Made by a program: the position numbers and the translations under genes. The notes beneath the pieces were generated by a model. That model was not told the DNA's origin. It saw only the letters and a program-made list of their open reading frames with translations, and did no database searches. A stretch of DNA of 32,481 bases. Source: Candidatus Thorarchaeota archaeon (lineage in GTDB: Archaea > Asgardarchaeota > Thorarchaeia > Thorarchaeales > Thorarchaeaceae). Position 1 is the stretch's first letter. Each line of letters opens with the position of its first letter. The stretch covers positions 1-32,481 of the forward strand of contig SDNP01000033.1 in the NCBI GenBank assembly GCA_004524445.1, given 5' to 3'. Shown in pieces: positions 12,001-17,576 of this stretch.

Positions 12001-14758
12001 GACTGCTGATGACTCCACAGTCCAGGTCTACTGGAAAGAATTCGCTCTGCTATCAGTATCATACGAGAACCTGCTTGATGGGAACCTGACTAGTGGAGCA
12101 TCTGTGACATATTCCTGGGCGGGTGGAACGGGTACACTGATTGAGATAGGATCTTCTGGCGTTTACCAGGTGAATCTCGACACCTCTGCTGCAGATTCGG
12201 GAACCCGTATTGTGACAATCACAGCTCAAAAGGACAAATTCAGAACGTCGATTACAACTGTTACTCTGGTTGTTCTCACACTGCCGTCAGAGATGATTGC
12301 ATACGAACCAGAAGATTTGGTAAATGAGATTCCTCGAGGCAGCCCTGTCGATATCAGCATTTATCTCAATGATACCACATATAATGTGCCAATAGCGGAT
12401 GCTGATATAGAATCAGTATATGCCATTCTTGGAAATAACACCTATCCTATGATTTACAATGGCACTCCCGGACACTACTACACTACAATTCCCGGTGGCG
12501 ATACTGAATTGCCCATAGGTTTCTACAACATCAGAATCTCAGCACAAATACAAAACTTCGATCCAGCGAGCTATTCATTCAAAATTGACCTCCTCCGAAC
12601 TCTGACAACATTGCATCTGTACGGTGATACCACAGGAACGATGAATGCGGTCTACTCGCAGCAAGTTGTTTTCGAACTCAATTACACTGAAACAATCAGC
12701 AACATCACCATTGATGCTGCAAATGTGATGTGGCAAATTCCTGATGCTGGGTTGAGTGGGAACCTCACAAGCATTGGTAATGGAATATGGCGAGTCGTGT
12801 TCGACACATCAGATGCTGGATTCGGTACATGGGGAGTCACATTTAGAGGCGAGCCAACTGATCCTATTCTCGCAGAAACAGCAACCACACTGACTCTCAC
12901 AATTAAGAGAATTCCTACGCAGGCGCTGAACCCATCGCCGCTCACGGTTGTCTGGGGATGGACTGGCAATGTCAGTTTCTACTATCGTGACACTTTCTTT
13001 GATACTGGTGTGGGCGGAGCTACTGCCGAGTACTCATGGGGTCCAATCAAGGGCAATGCGACTGACCTCGGAAATGGAACATACCTTGTCCCAGTTGATA
13101 CGACAATACTCACGACTGGTGATCAACATTCGATTTTGATAACATTCACCAAGGCGAACTTCCAGGAGAGTAATGGAGGCATACAGATAACAGTTCAAGA
13201 TATTCCAACAGAGTTGTTTGTTGCTCCCCAAGAGAATGAGGACATTATGATTGAAGCGAGCAAAACCAATCTTAAAATTCCCATTAATGATACATTGACA
13301 ATTCAGTTATTCTACAATGATACAGACAACACCGAGGGATTCATTGGAGGAATTGAAAACGCCTACCTACTGCCCCAGAGCTCTCTTATAGGTGACACTT
13401 TCCAAGGACAGCTCGATTTCGAATTGATAGCGTTGGGTAATGGATGGTACAACATCACATTTGATACCAATAACCCGGATTTGTATGCAGCAGAGGAATG
13501 GTACCCTAATGTAGACTATACCTACTATATTGCTTTGCAACTCCAGAATAGGTCTATGGTAGATGTTTCCATAAAAATAACGGTTATCGAGAAACCAGCT
13601 GAATTGCTTCTAGACCCCGAGCTTGGACTTGTTCAACCTGTAGTTTCAATGTATTATGGCGAAACCATTCCAGTAAGAGTCTTCTTCAATGATACATGGC
13701 ATATCTCCGGAGTTGTCGGCGCCACAATAACTGGCTTAATTGACGTAGAGTCCATTTCCATTGGCGACGAAATAAGGGATGAAGGGAATGGATTCTATAT
13801 CATCTATCTAACCGCACCTGCTCCACCTATCCCGGTGGGAATCGATGAAACATCTGTCATCGTGACGATAAATGCCAATAAGAGCACTTATGAAATTGGA
13901 GAATTGCTTCTGCGCGTGAACATTGTTCCGACAGAGGCTCAGCAAACCATGGGTACAGCAATCTCGTGGGGCACACCAATTAGCCTTCTGCTGCTCTTCC
14001 TTGTGGTACTCTGGGTGAAGGTCTTCAGTGTTCCAAAGAGACTGCGTCAGATTAATGGTCAAATCAAGTCTCTGAGCAAAGGAAAGATGCCCAAACCAAT
14101 TGAAGAAGCTAAGGGCCGCCAAGAACTGGTTGCTGACCTTTTCAATGATACTTACGAGAAGGTGGAAATAACGCGGCGACCAGATGAGCTTCCTGCTGAG
14201 GCGGTGGATGTCGAGGTCCCCGAGATGGGAGAGCTTCTCGTCCAGCTTTCTATCCTCACCAACTTGAGCCCAGAAGAACTCGATGAGTTCAAGGCAGATA
14301 TCTCAAAGATGAAACTTAGTGAGCAAGCTGCTTTTGTAAAAGAAGTCATCAATCAAGAGGCCATAAGAGCTGCAAGACGCGAGGATACAACCGTTGAGGC
14401 GATTATTGAGAAGGTTAGTAATGACGCAAGACGTCAGATTGGTGGTGAAGAGATAGAACGAATCTCTGCTCCTGAAGACGCAGTGCACGACCGTGTGCTC
14501 CTCCCAGATGAAGATGAAATCGAAGAGCCCGCGGAATTTGAACCAGAGGCACATGAGGAGCCTTCAGAAGAGGATATGGCTGAAGCCAAGGAAGTTCTAC
14601 CTGATGACAGACTCAGCCCATTTGAACTTGAGGAACTGAAGCGGGATCTTGAGAAGAAAGGCGTACCCGCTCATGAGATTGACACAATAATTGATCAGGC
14701 GAAGCACTTGCCACGTGAACTAGTTGACGAACTCGTACGGAGTCTAGGCGAAGAGTAG
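2..14758 (+). CDS. Giant cell-surface glycoprotein/adhesin-like protein (DNRLRE-like domain, 2x DUF2341+LamG/ConA-like module, many Ig-like repeats, C-terminal TM and cytoplasmic tail); 5'-truncated
   Basis: The frame is open from base 2 (DNVYVPDSWTLRKAIG...) into the ATG at 95, so the true start lies upstream of the window. Motifs: 'IPQGAVITSAFL...PRLFVEY'; DUF2341-type 'DLTDFPVMV...DGDDIAF...AWVKVP...MYGNP' twice; LamG-type 'WYHIVW...YVNG...FTIG...WNGIIDEVRL' twice; ~100-aa beta-rich repeats; many NxS/T sequons; hydrophobic helix 'ISWGTPISLLLLFLVVLWVKVF' (~13961-14026) followed by basic residues. Confidence 0.93.
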   Translation, partial: DNVYVPDSWTLRKAIGDTTSGSPHPLHGIFEMNRQLSSGYGGTTGWLFEAHWYANDVLNTGDKIYLSQLASAPYRELYSAEVSFRYNVDSVSSMQDEVYVFVNIAGYQTKVHIFESGDTTSSWLQQTVSLTSNQISTLNLPNSLLVEIGIATDLSGSQPSERIYEALIDDVQLTLDVRPFPEQVDLKANGTAVVGWNPGNIYVYEPDHDTRDAWDEPGTGISLDGNYYVGSSADPTVGVYGGDWSNANPYQIGIQFPVNIPQGAVITSAFLEVEPESQASSGDPDMRVHVAGFDSDGSAVSNFSSGLPEIEDRYEWVDTSLDWQVGVRWLSDVRIQQRSPELRSLVQSVVSDSRWSPNNYVVIMLDYMYSDSYRARNSIKGAYGSRFSQDKLPRLFVEYKIPLPKDEVYNFAYEKDITIDHTQVAADLTDFPVMVELFDADLKTKVQPDGDDIAFRMGENPLDFEIELFDQGYSQTEAHLVAWVKVPTLSSSTDTTITMMYGNPDARPASSSDTWDGFEMIHHMNENPTGTLYDSSSNNHLGTSYGSMTSGDLVTGQIDGATDFDGSNDVVSVGQIDTDDWTQFTTSAWVYYLPGTQDPRIFSKTDSTTSNDHILTTRIDSGTHTLTVRISTDYSGSQNGASYATSAILTEGNWYHIVWSWSAATGTILVYVNGNQVLSQAHDGSSIYDSVEVFTIGNNDLENSRYWNGIIDEVRLTQSVLNENWIDTEYNNQLNPSTFLSASSERLIRDTWENEDTATMTFTTSSTDPVTMDAIMTMDIEGSGQSLDEDMNDGTTFYAVNGTNTVDWTANVLISPPNNTDTLNAEIDYPLTQWRPTGVTNPLGVVKTYGADWDYDGGTITIYNTAVDVWGVWVLEFVSWNYVEELQLGISGQSLSDSATLNISDVLEVRATTPWIENARAGLELTDPNGVVWHTDYKTTGVPGTAWHVPSFQHRMPLTVPSSQVDADLTNFPIMVSFADTNLQNTNKVQADGDDIVFVQNGVILSHEIERFDQSTGRIVAWVKANLSSSVDNGLYMYYGNPVIGSCESRADVWSANYEAVWHMDEDVTNEASGGIHYDSTANDYQGTQNGNSRTSGIANSFGQAFDGTDDWIVIDSAEGLDPSGDLSLSGWFYLPSTFSSSSSTSMMIMEKYLTGDDNFHIALVGTDYLESGVDAGSLAVGFEINGNEFTKWTTKTFWSSGWYHYTVLVDADTAANLQIYISGADTTNTGTAGSGGTPSDMSLDFSTDWGIGGRYGEDSEFGSPPEAFMNGEMDEIRVSTTLRPAGWISTEYNNQNNPTGFVQTGSEQQKTSPEHTFTKTIDSSAIAGEWTASVYYNDTGTSVSEATGLYERNFIIKHDSSLELLSPTDAVSDKISLRVAGDLLEIEVKLTDDITIDGITGATVKVNWTVSDTPTDITLDEYDDGRYGKVLNTSDLSDNKRWRIILSSSHIYYNDATDYFDLDLNHETELTYTNVETTPIGFDFAATLVLRDVYDDTPITGALIAFSNGTPVTILDQGGGRYNISLPTNSLSLGDHWYEFMASKSGAFLEDDTTNVTFTLRKHYTSVSVQGDFITPYGEDTAVNVIITDLDTGTALAGTGSVSSWTFSWTGDSDQEPSPADFSYLLATNSWSIGTDTVTISVAMTGDYYSPTDYQFDVQIRKHYTSVTIIGDLLTPHGFDTEVTVVITDMDTGTVLSNIVDISSWTFDWGTGSDPESPPGDFNYTLPSSAWSLGITQVTVSVVMASYYSNPANHQFNVEIRKHYTSLSVQGGLVTPYGQTTDVTVVITDMDTGTILGSTSSVSSWSFTSSYDPVTETTPVDFAVTLTSDTWLVGTETVTLSVTMSGIYFDPSNYQFNLEIRNHRTAASVIGEFVTPYGQTTVLTVVITDLDTGTSLASTNDVSSWTFSSSYDSLPENLPSDFDVTLNTDSWPLGIETVTLSITMSGNYDNPQNIQFDLQIRKHYTSVTVIGDLLTPHGFDTDVTVVITDTDNGSILSSTSSVASWIFDWGTGSDSETPPGDFVYTITTSTWNFGLTTVTLSVSMSGVYQNPSNYQFDVEIRKHYTSVSVRGGLTTPYGNATSLEVVITDLDTNSVLIDTSVVSSWTFSSSYSPYTDSSIDSFLVALPTDGWNVGIESVTLSVTMSGNYNNPSNYVFDLTIRSLETTLTNEPSDLLFPTGDDFVIILQLNVTEQGTYYGDPISGLAQSDFTVTNSTYTYPATVVSLGDGRYNLSIDDQGHFVEGSYTITVSVDPTSSLYALSKVVITFEYQPARSDLTSNLYTISTPYETNATVTLTYYDLDRGSGITTATISSNNTWISYVHVGNGNYEVEIGVSNFVLGNNYVNLTADAAGYAARSIIIKIVVTRIHTDANPSTISIDMPVGNTEIFYIDFVDLDNDVAIYDAGSTQHISNWTGSVPIEITWTGSRYEVNFTTTGSDQLGIFLIRFNFSNGPNYQPAICEVEVDIRTHITIFNLVTAVEPTAFNALINISLRYYDFDNKIGIDSGNVEDYVWNGTDWISTTLISEGGGIYTVQIDANQFGVGGQSFTIYFNWTGPVQQFENKTTTASVNIIGVGSELTLIASSEPTPYLGNMSYTIKYAEIDSGQGIANTSNPEYEDGNVFIYVEFEGTSVDISLVDIWEVDPIGSPGQYSIRFNTSIFSSTGLVYMRLYINWSAGVQPFYTNRTDTISVRILSRDTLVSIVPASSTPYNEIAEFSFTYEDTLAVENIANSSELSISLSLSQYDISYNDASRLFTVSFNTSQFGGLGEQSFTLDVTWAGVPFYANRTGRIVFVTVSARGTVLDYQAPPPTSFGEDVSFSITWTDIAGASSSGIEGATVTLYDGASPISATYYSVTEAGNGVYDVVLDTAYKSEPGYYTLGVEISAVEFYYLTVTSDRTLNIRQRVTILSSDPVGDVPYNSSIEIVLNFQDQITLETIGNDSFLVSFEILTAGDWIYTVTWRASRSNYLLSVETYNQAGLEIGQEYELHLNMSYSYTDPYYRWDDFVVAYQLRYRASSLEKSDTPVQTAYLEYSNFSIYFKDADAAAGISGGTISILKGGSDLILGTDYIYSDAGSGYYDISVNTTALDALGITQITVLANWTGGSPYHSNASLSLDLSVIRRATNVIVLVPPSRTNYLEDVVFVVGFTDLGTGNFLDTDKSLVTVYNEGVPLDPSDFTFIQIGSDYNYEISIASSDLTAVLVSELSLTISVDWPDAPNYYQDDSTSVRVSIIARDTALSVDKPTRTAYGENATLIFQYLDTTSIPEVVIEDDPSLSIVTNLTETPTITYDSITDTFTISFNTSQFGSLGIKYFHINVTWTGSPYYNSRLLQLSSVNVIYRETQANFEAPAPTPYNDIATFTVTYLDIAGETETGIADATLTMYYVGSPIPSEDYVVTPDGAGGFTVNLDTSFFAEPGTYELNASFAYTGSEFRSDAFALRNLIVRFRGTILSAEPVGAIGYETQIETSLEFQDQITFGAIGNSTPQTSFTILNDTGIPWAFTIQWQSSTETYSVIIETEGQPLSVGVSYGLHVNMTYVYQSPYYLHDDTYIFFSIRKRASLLSINEAPTPTAYAELAVFELFYEDTDEQQGIAGATILIGSLVQGTDYFVTPGAAGYYSISLNSSSLGAPGSYKITATADWPDASEPFHSDALRNITLSVTERSAEVEIITPPGQARFLDNFTFVFAYTDTAGSEDVRISITSDDIIIYAEGTPLLDSEFTLTALSGNAFRININSTVLAPTLISDYNVTILVDWTDGVVPYYEDDQTELSFTSIRRTLSVTLGQIPTTPLGDNMTIGFTVKDIIKKTPVEGAVIYFDCQSVSLEEGISYWVSQGTGALAGHYNVTVWTSALGGIGDFTFELDVHWAPSSSPYYGNLSTITVSGSVDLIWSNLQNDVPSPSSVSITGSVQIMVYFTDLDHAEIGIDGATIGVTYIESGLTPSGLTVNNTGPGTYNVSFSTIDLNETGAYTLVISASKWPYETKEINPTITVSVISTSLTADDSTVQVYWKEFALLSVSYENLLDGNLTSGASVTYSWAGGTGTLIEIGSSGVYQVNLDTSAADSGTRIVTITAQKDKFRTSITTVTLVVLTLPSEMIAYEPEDLVNEIPRGSPVDISIYLNDTTYNVPIADADIESVYAILGNNTYPMIYNGTPGHYYTTIPGGDTELPIGFYNIRISAQIQNFDPASYSFKIDLLRTLTTLHLYGDTTGTMNAVYSQQVVFELNYTETISNITIDAANVMWQIPDAGLSGNLTSIGNGIWRVVFDTSDAGFGTWGVTFRGEPTDPILAETATTLTLTIKRIPTQALNPSPLTVVWGWTGNVSFYYRDTFFDTGVGGATAEYSWGPIKGNATDLGNGTYLVPVDTTILTTGDQHSILITFTKANFQESNGGIQITVQDIPTELFVAPQENEDIMIEASKTNLKIPINDTLTIQLFYNDTDNTEGFIGGIENAYLLPQSSLIGDTFQGQLDFELIALGNGWYNITFDTNNPDLYAAEEWYPNVDYTYYIALQLQNRSMVDVSIKITVIEKPAELLLDPELGLVQPVVSMYYGETIPVRVFFNDTWHISGVVGATITGLIDVESISIGDEIRDEGNGFYIIYLTAPAPPIPVGIDETSVIVTINANKSTYEIGELLLRVNIVPTEAQQTMGTAISWGTPISLLLLFLVVLWVKVFSVPKRLRQINGQIKSLSKGKMPKPIEEAKGRQELVADLFNDTYEKVEITRRPDELPAEAVDVEVPEMGELLVQLSILTNLSPEELDEFKADISKMKLSEQAAFVKEVINQEAIRAARREDTTVEAIIEKVSNDARRQIGGEEIERISAPEDAVHDRVLLPDEDEIEEPAEFEPEAHEEPSEEDMAEAKEVLPDDRLSPFELEELKRDLEKKGVPAHEIDTIIDQAKHLPRELVDELVRSLGEE
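1232..2240 (+). repeat. DUF2341 + LamG-like module, copy 1 (within giant ORF)
   Basis: Runs from 'FAYEKDITIDHTQVAADLTDFPVMV' to 'WIDTEYNNQLNPSTF' and aligns by eye with copy 2. Confidence 0.8.
2855..3930 (+). repeat. DUF2341 + LamG-like module, copy 2 (within giant ORF)
   Basis: Runs from 'FQHRMPLTVPSSQVDADLTNFPIMV' to 'WISTEYNNQNNPTGF'. Confidence 0.8.
4685..6484 (+). repeat. Six tandem 300-bp (100-aa) coding repeats, Ig-like
   Basis: Units begin R-K/N-H-Y/R-T at 4685, 4985, 5285, 5585, 5885 and 6185 (exact 300-nt period). They share 'TP[YH]G...V.ITD.D', 'SW.F', 'VT.S..M' and 'Y..P....F...I'. Confidence 0.95.
8090..11335 (+). repeat. Duplicated block of five Ig-like domains (8090-9706 and 9707-11335)
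   Basis: Both blocks show the same order of distinctive motifs: 'RDT...FT.SFNTSQFG.LG', 'DIAG...GI..AT', 'TILS..PVG...FQDQIT...IGN', 'RAS.L...P..TAY.E', 'PP....L....FV...TD...VDW.D...YY.DD.T'. Confidence 0.85.
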
Positions 14759-14762
14759 GACG

Positions 14763-15560
14763 CTAGTCCTTCTCCTTGCTCTCCTGATCAAAATATGAGA
14801 GGGGTAGAGTAGTTCCAAACCTAGGTGGTTTCGCCTTTGACGCCCTTCTGACTGGGTATTGCGGATGTTTTGCTAGAACATATTTGAAATAGGACTTTGA
14901 TTCCTCAACATGTACATGTACCTGTGCACAGCTTGCTAGAGCCTTTCCACCTGCTGGGAGATGCCGATTTTGCTCTGAAGGCTGAGCTGAAATTACAGTG
15001 AAAATTCCTCTTTGCAATGTAAAGGTCATGATCTTGGTAGCCATGTGTGTTAATTGCTGCAAGCTCTCACCCGATATACCCTCTTTGATGAATAGGTTTG
15101 GCAATCCTGTAACAAAAAGAACTCTTGCTGGAACTCTATCAAAGAATTTGTCTATCTGATTCATAACTAAATCATACGTCTGTGAGGAATTGAATGCGCG
15201 CGATATATAGATTCTATCCATCACTTCCTCGGGTTCGAGGTCCAATTCATAAGAAATGTCCGTGAGTTGGTCGATATGAATGATGTTGGCGCTGTCAATT
15301 ATGATTGATGAACTTTGAATGCCTCCCTTGTTCTTGGGGAGTTGTGCCTGAATTGCTATTCCAAGTAAATCATCATGCAGACCTCTATCACCATAGAAGA
15401 GATGCACAAGTCCACCTTCAATACCACCGCCAAGCAGTCTGTCAAGTGCTGGATTTCCAGTGCCAAGTTTCAATCTTATTACCTCCTCTGCTGTGCGAAA
15501 GCCCGGCCTTAGGCCCTGATTGATTTTTCTCATCTTATCATAATGTATGATTGAACACAT
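14763..15560 (-). CDS. RadA/Rad51-family paralogue with degenerate Walker motifs (probably ATPase-inactive)
   Basis: RadA-like segments 'TGNPALDRLLGGGIEGG', 'QAQLPKNKGG', 'IIIDSAN', 'EEVMDRIYISRAFNSSQ', 'PAGGKAL'. The Walker A position reads 'YGDRGLHDD' and the Walker B position reads 'VLFVTG'. There is no N-terminal HhH domain. The start may be the second Met (MRKIN). Confidence 0.85.
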   Translation of the reverse strand: MCSIIHYDKMRKINQGLRPGFRTAEEVIRLKLGTGNPALDRLLGGGIEGGLVHLFYGDRGLHDDLLGIAIQAQLPKNKGGIQSSSIIIDSANIIHIDQLTDISYELDLEPEEVMDRIYISRAFNSSQTYDLVMNQIDKFFDRVPARVLFVTGLPNLFIKEGISGESLQQLTHMATKIMTFTLQRGIFTVISAQPSEQNRHLPAGGKALASCAQVHVHVEESKSYFKYVLAKHPQYPVRRASKAKPPRFGTTLPLSYFDQESKEKD

Positions 15561-15626
15561 AATAACTCCCCAAAAAATCGAGGTCTATGTAGCAAGAACT
15601 TTAATAGTCACTGTACTCACGATAAT

Positions 15627-15863
15627 GTGCCAACTCGGCCGGGAGGAAGAATATTGAAACAAAGAAAAGTTAGGGTGTGCCCGCGATGCGGAAGCCCTCA
15701 TATTCGCGAGGCGACAAGCTCAGTTGGAGGCTGGCTTGTACCAAAGACGTATTACTGTGAGGCTGAAGGATGTGGATATTCTGGGTCAGTCTATGTCGAA
15801 GTAGACGCATCAGAAGTGGATGAACTCAGACATGCAATAAAAAGCGAATTAGGCTCCGAATGA
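15627..15863 (+). CDS. Small zinc-ribbon protein
   Basis: Cys pairs 'CPRCGS' and 'YYCEAEGCGYSG'. An alternative in-frame TTG start at 15654 has GGAGG (15642-15646) upstream. An AT-rich box CTTTAATA lies at 15599-15606. Confidence 0.75.
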   Translation: MPTRPGGRILKQRKVRVCPRCGSPHIREATSSVGGWLVPKTYYCEAEGCGYSGSVYVEVDASEVDELRHAIKSELGSE

Positions 15864-15929
15864 ATACATCTTACACTCCGAAATTAACTTAAGGCACTCT
15901 AAAAAACTAGAAGATAAGGTTGAGCAATT

Positions 15930-16370
15930 ATGGTTACAGTAGATGAATTCGAATTTCCAGAGGATTTGTACTATTTTGCAGGTGAAACCGATTCTCTGTG
16001 GTTGAAGAAAGAAGACGGAAAGGTGCGACTTGGTATCACTCCTCTCGGAGCATATGCTGCTGGCAAGATCAAGTTCATACGACTTAGACCTGCTGGCAAG
16101 ACAGTGAAGTCAGGTCGAAGCATAGGAACTTTGGAGTCAGGCAAGTGGACCGGTGCGGTCAAGGCACCTGTTGGAGGAGAGATTGTCGAGGTCAATGATG
16201 ACTTGAAGAGCAATCCTGGTCTTATCAATGATGATCCATATGGAAAAGGATGGGTTGCAGTACTAGAACCCGAAGATATCTCCGAGCTCGAAGAGCTGCA
16301 GGGCGCTGATGGATTGGAAGAATGGGCAAAGGAAGAAGTCGCCAGTAAGAAAGCGATGAAGGGAGAATAG
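15930..16370 (+). CDS. gcvH: Glycine cleavage H-protein family lipoyl carrier (GcvH/LbpA-like)
   Basis: 'FPEDLYY', 'VRLGIT', lipoyl-Lys motif 'LESGKWTGAVKAPVGGEIVEVN', and 'INDDPYGKGWVA'. Confidence 0.92.
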   Translation: MVTVDEFEFPEDLYYFAGETDSLWLKKEDGKVRLGITPLGAYAAGKIKFIRLRPAGKTVKSGRSIGTLESGKWTGAVKAPVGGEIVEVNDDLKSNPGLINDDPYGKGWVAVLEPEDISELEELQGADGLEEWAKEEVASKKAMKGE

Positions 16371-16383
16371 TACTAATCCATTA

Positions 16384-16410
16384 CGTGGGGATGGAACATT
16401 TCCTCCCCCG
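16384..16410. terminator. Imperfect GC-rich hairpin between convergent gcvH-like and cdc6-like genes
   Basis: GGGGATGGAA (16387-16396), loop CAT, TTCCTCCCC (16400-16408), with one bulge. The terminator role is inferred from position only. Confidence 0.35.
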
Positions 16411-16411
16411 C

Positions 16412-17548
16412 TCACTTTCTCTTTACTAGTTCTCTACGCATAGCAACTGCAGTGTCATACAGGATTTCCGGTGGTACTAAGACGTATAGCAGATTCTTGC
16501 TGTATCCTGATTCAAAAACTACACATTGGAATATTAGGGACTGTAGACTTCTCTCAATATCTTCGCGAGCATAGATGACTCCCAATTCTTCGCATTTGAT
16601 TTGGACGACCTCATTGAGTGTTTTGCGGTCGATATAGGTTTCTGTCTTATATTGCATGAGATGTCCGGATAAGGCCTCAAGAACCAAAAGCGTCATGAAG
16701 TCATTCATGCTTATGGCTTCTATAGTTTCCATGTAGTCTTGTTCGTGATGAAACGTTGCAATATCAGTAGTAGCATTTCTCACCATATCTGAATCTATCT
16801 CATGACCTCTCGATGCCAAGGGATATAGAGTCTTGAGCGCCTCTATTGATGTCTTAGGTTTTGACGCGTCGAACTCGCACACTATATCTGCAATGTATCT
16901 CACAACTTCATCGGTGAGCCTGAGGGGAAAGGTCTCTTCAACTCTCATCCTAACAATCTCATAGAGTTGTGATTGCGTGTATGTATCTAGCGGAATTTCA
17001 AAATCGTATGCCATGGCTGTCGCTCCGCTCTTTGTGAGAAATCTGTAGTCATGGCTATTGAGAATACCAATAGTGCTGGCTTGAATCTCCTTGGAGAGTC
17101 TTGCCAATTTGCTAAATACCTCTTCGTTGCTTTCATCGATATTATCGATTACAAAGACTCCTTTTCTTTGAGAGGTGGTAGCAGCTCTCTTGAATTGCAT
17201 CCAAAGCACATCTAAGTCAAATGCAACAGTGATGGGCCGGTTATTCTTGATATGAATTCTGTTATTCAGGTCTGAGACAATCTCTAGAATATCCTTGTTC
17301 TTTGCATCCACGTATACTGTGTACGCATCAAATTTGTTCGGAACTATTCTGGTCAAGAAATACCTAGAGAAGACCGTCATCCCAACACCAGTGATCCCAT
17401 GCACAAGGCAGTTCACACCATAGTCGTCTGCGAAAGAGTCCGAGTGGATCCCTTTGATGGACTCTAGCTCGCGATCGCGATGCAACAATTTTTTCGGAAC
17501 GTAATATGGGTCGAATAGGCCCTTAGGACTGACCTCCGGCTTTCTCAT
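16412..17548 (-). CDS. Orc1/Cdc6-family AAA+ / winged-helix protein with degenerate ATPase motifs
   Basis: N-terminal 'FDPYYVPKKLLHRDRELESI', P-loop 'VHGITGVGMT', Walker B 'FVIDNID', 'YTQSQLYEIVRMRVEETF', and a C-terminal WH-sized domain. I moved the start from 17587 to the ATG at 17548 because a TATA box lies inside the longer extension. Confidence 0.88.
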   Translation of the reverse strand: MRKPEVSPKGLFDPYYVPKKLLHRDRELESIKGIHSDSFADDYGVNCLVHGITGVGMTVFSRYFLTRIVPNKFDAYTVYVDAKNKDILEIVSDLNNRIHIKNNRPITVAFDLDVLWMQFKRAATTSQRKGVFVIDNIDESNEEVFSKLARLSKEIQASTIGILNSHDYRFLTKSGATAMAYDFEIPLDTYTQSQLYEIVRMRVEETFPLRLTDEVVRYIADIVCEFDASKPKTSIEALKTLYPLASRGHEIDSDMVRNATTDIATFHHEQDYMETIEAISMNDFMTLLVLEALSGHLMQYKTETYIDRKTLNEVVQIKCEELGVIYAREDIERSLQSLIFQCVVFESGYSKNLLYVLVPPEILYDTAVAMRRELVKRK

Positions 17549-17576
17549 TCTTATCAGTACTTGGTCCTGAAGATGA

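Noticed and set aside
663-14554. Numerous short antisense or alternate-frame ORFs inside the giant gene
   Set aside because: They are fully nested in a well-supported CDS and have no recognisable motifs. They are expected shadow ORFs.
14763-15560. Calling this gene radA or radB
   Set aside because: It lacks the Walker A GKT and the RadA N-terminal domain, so a functional symbol would mislead.
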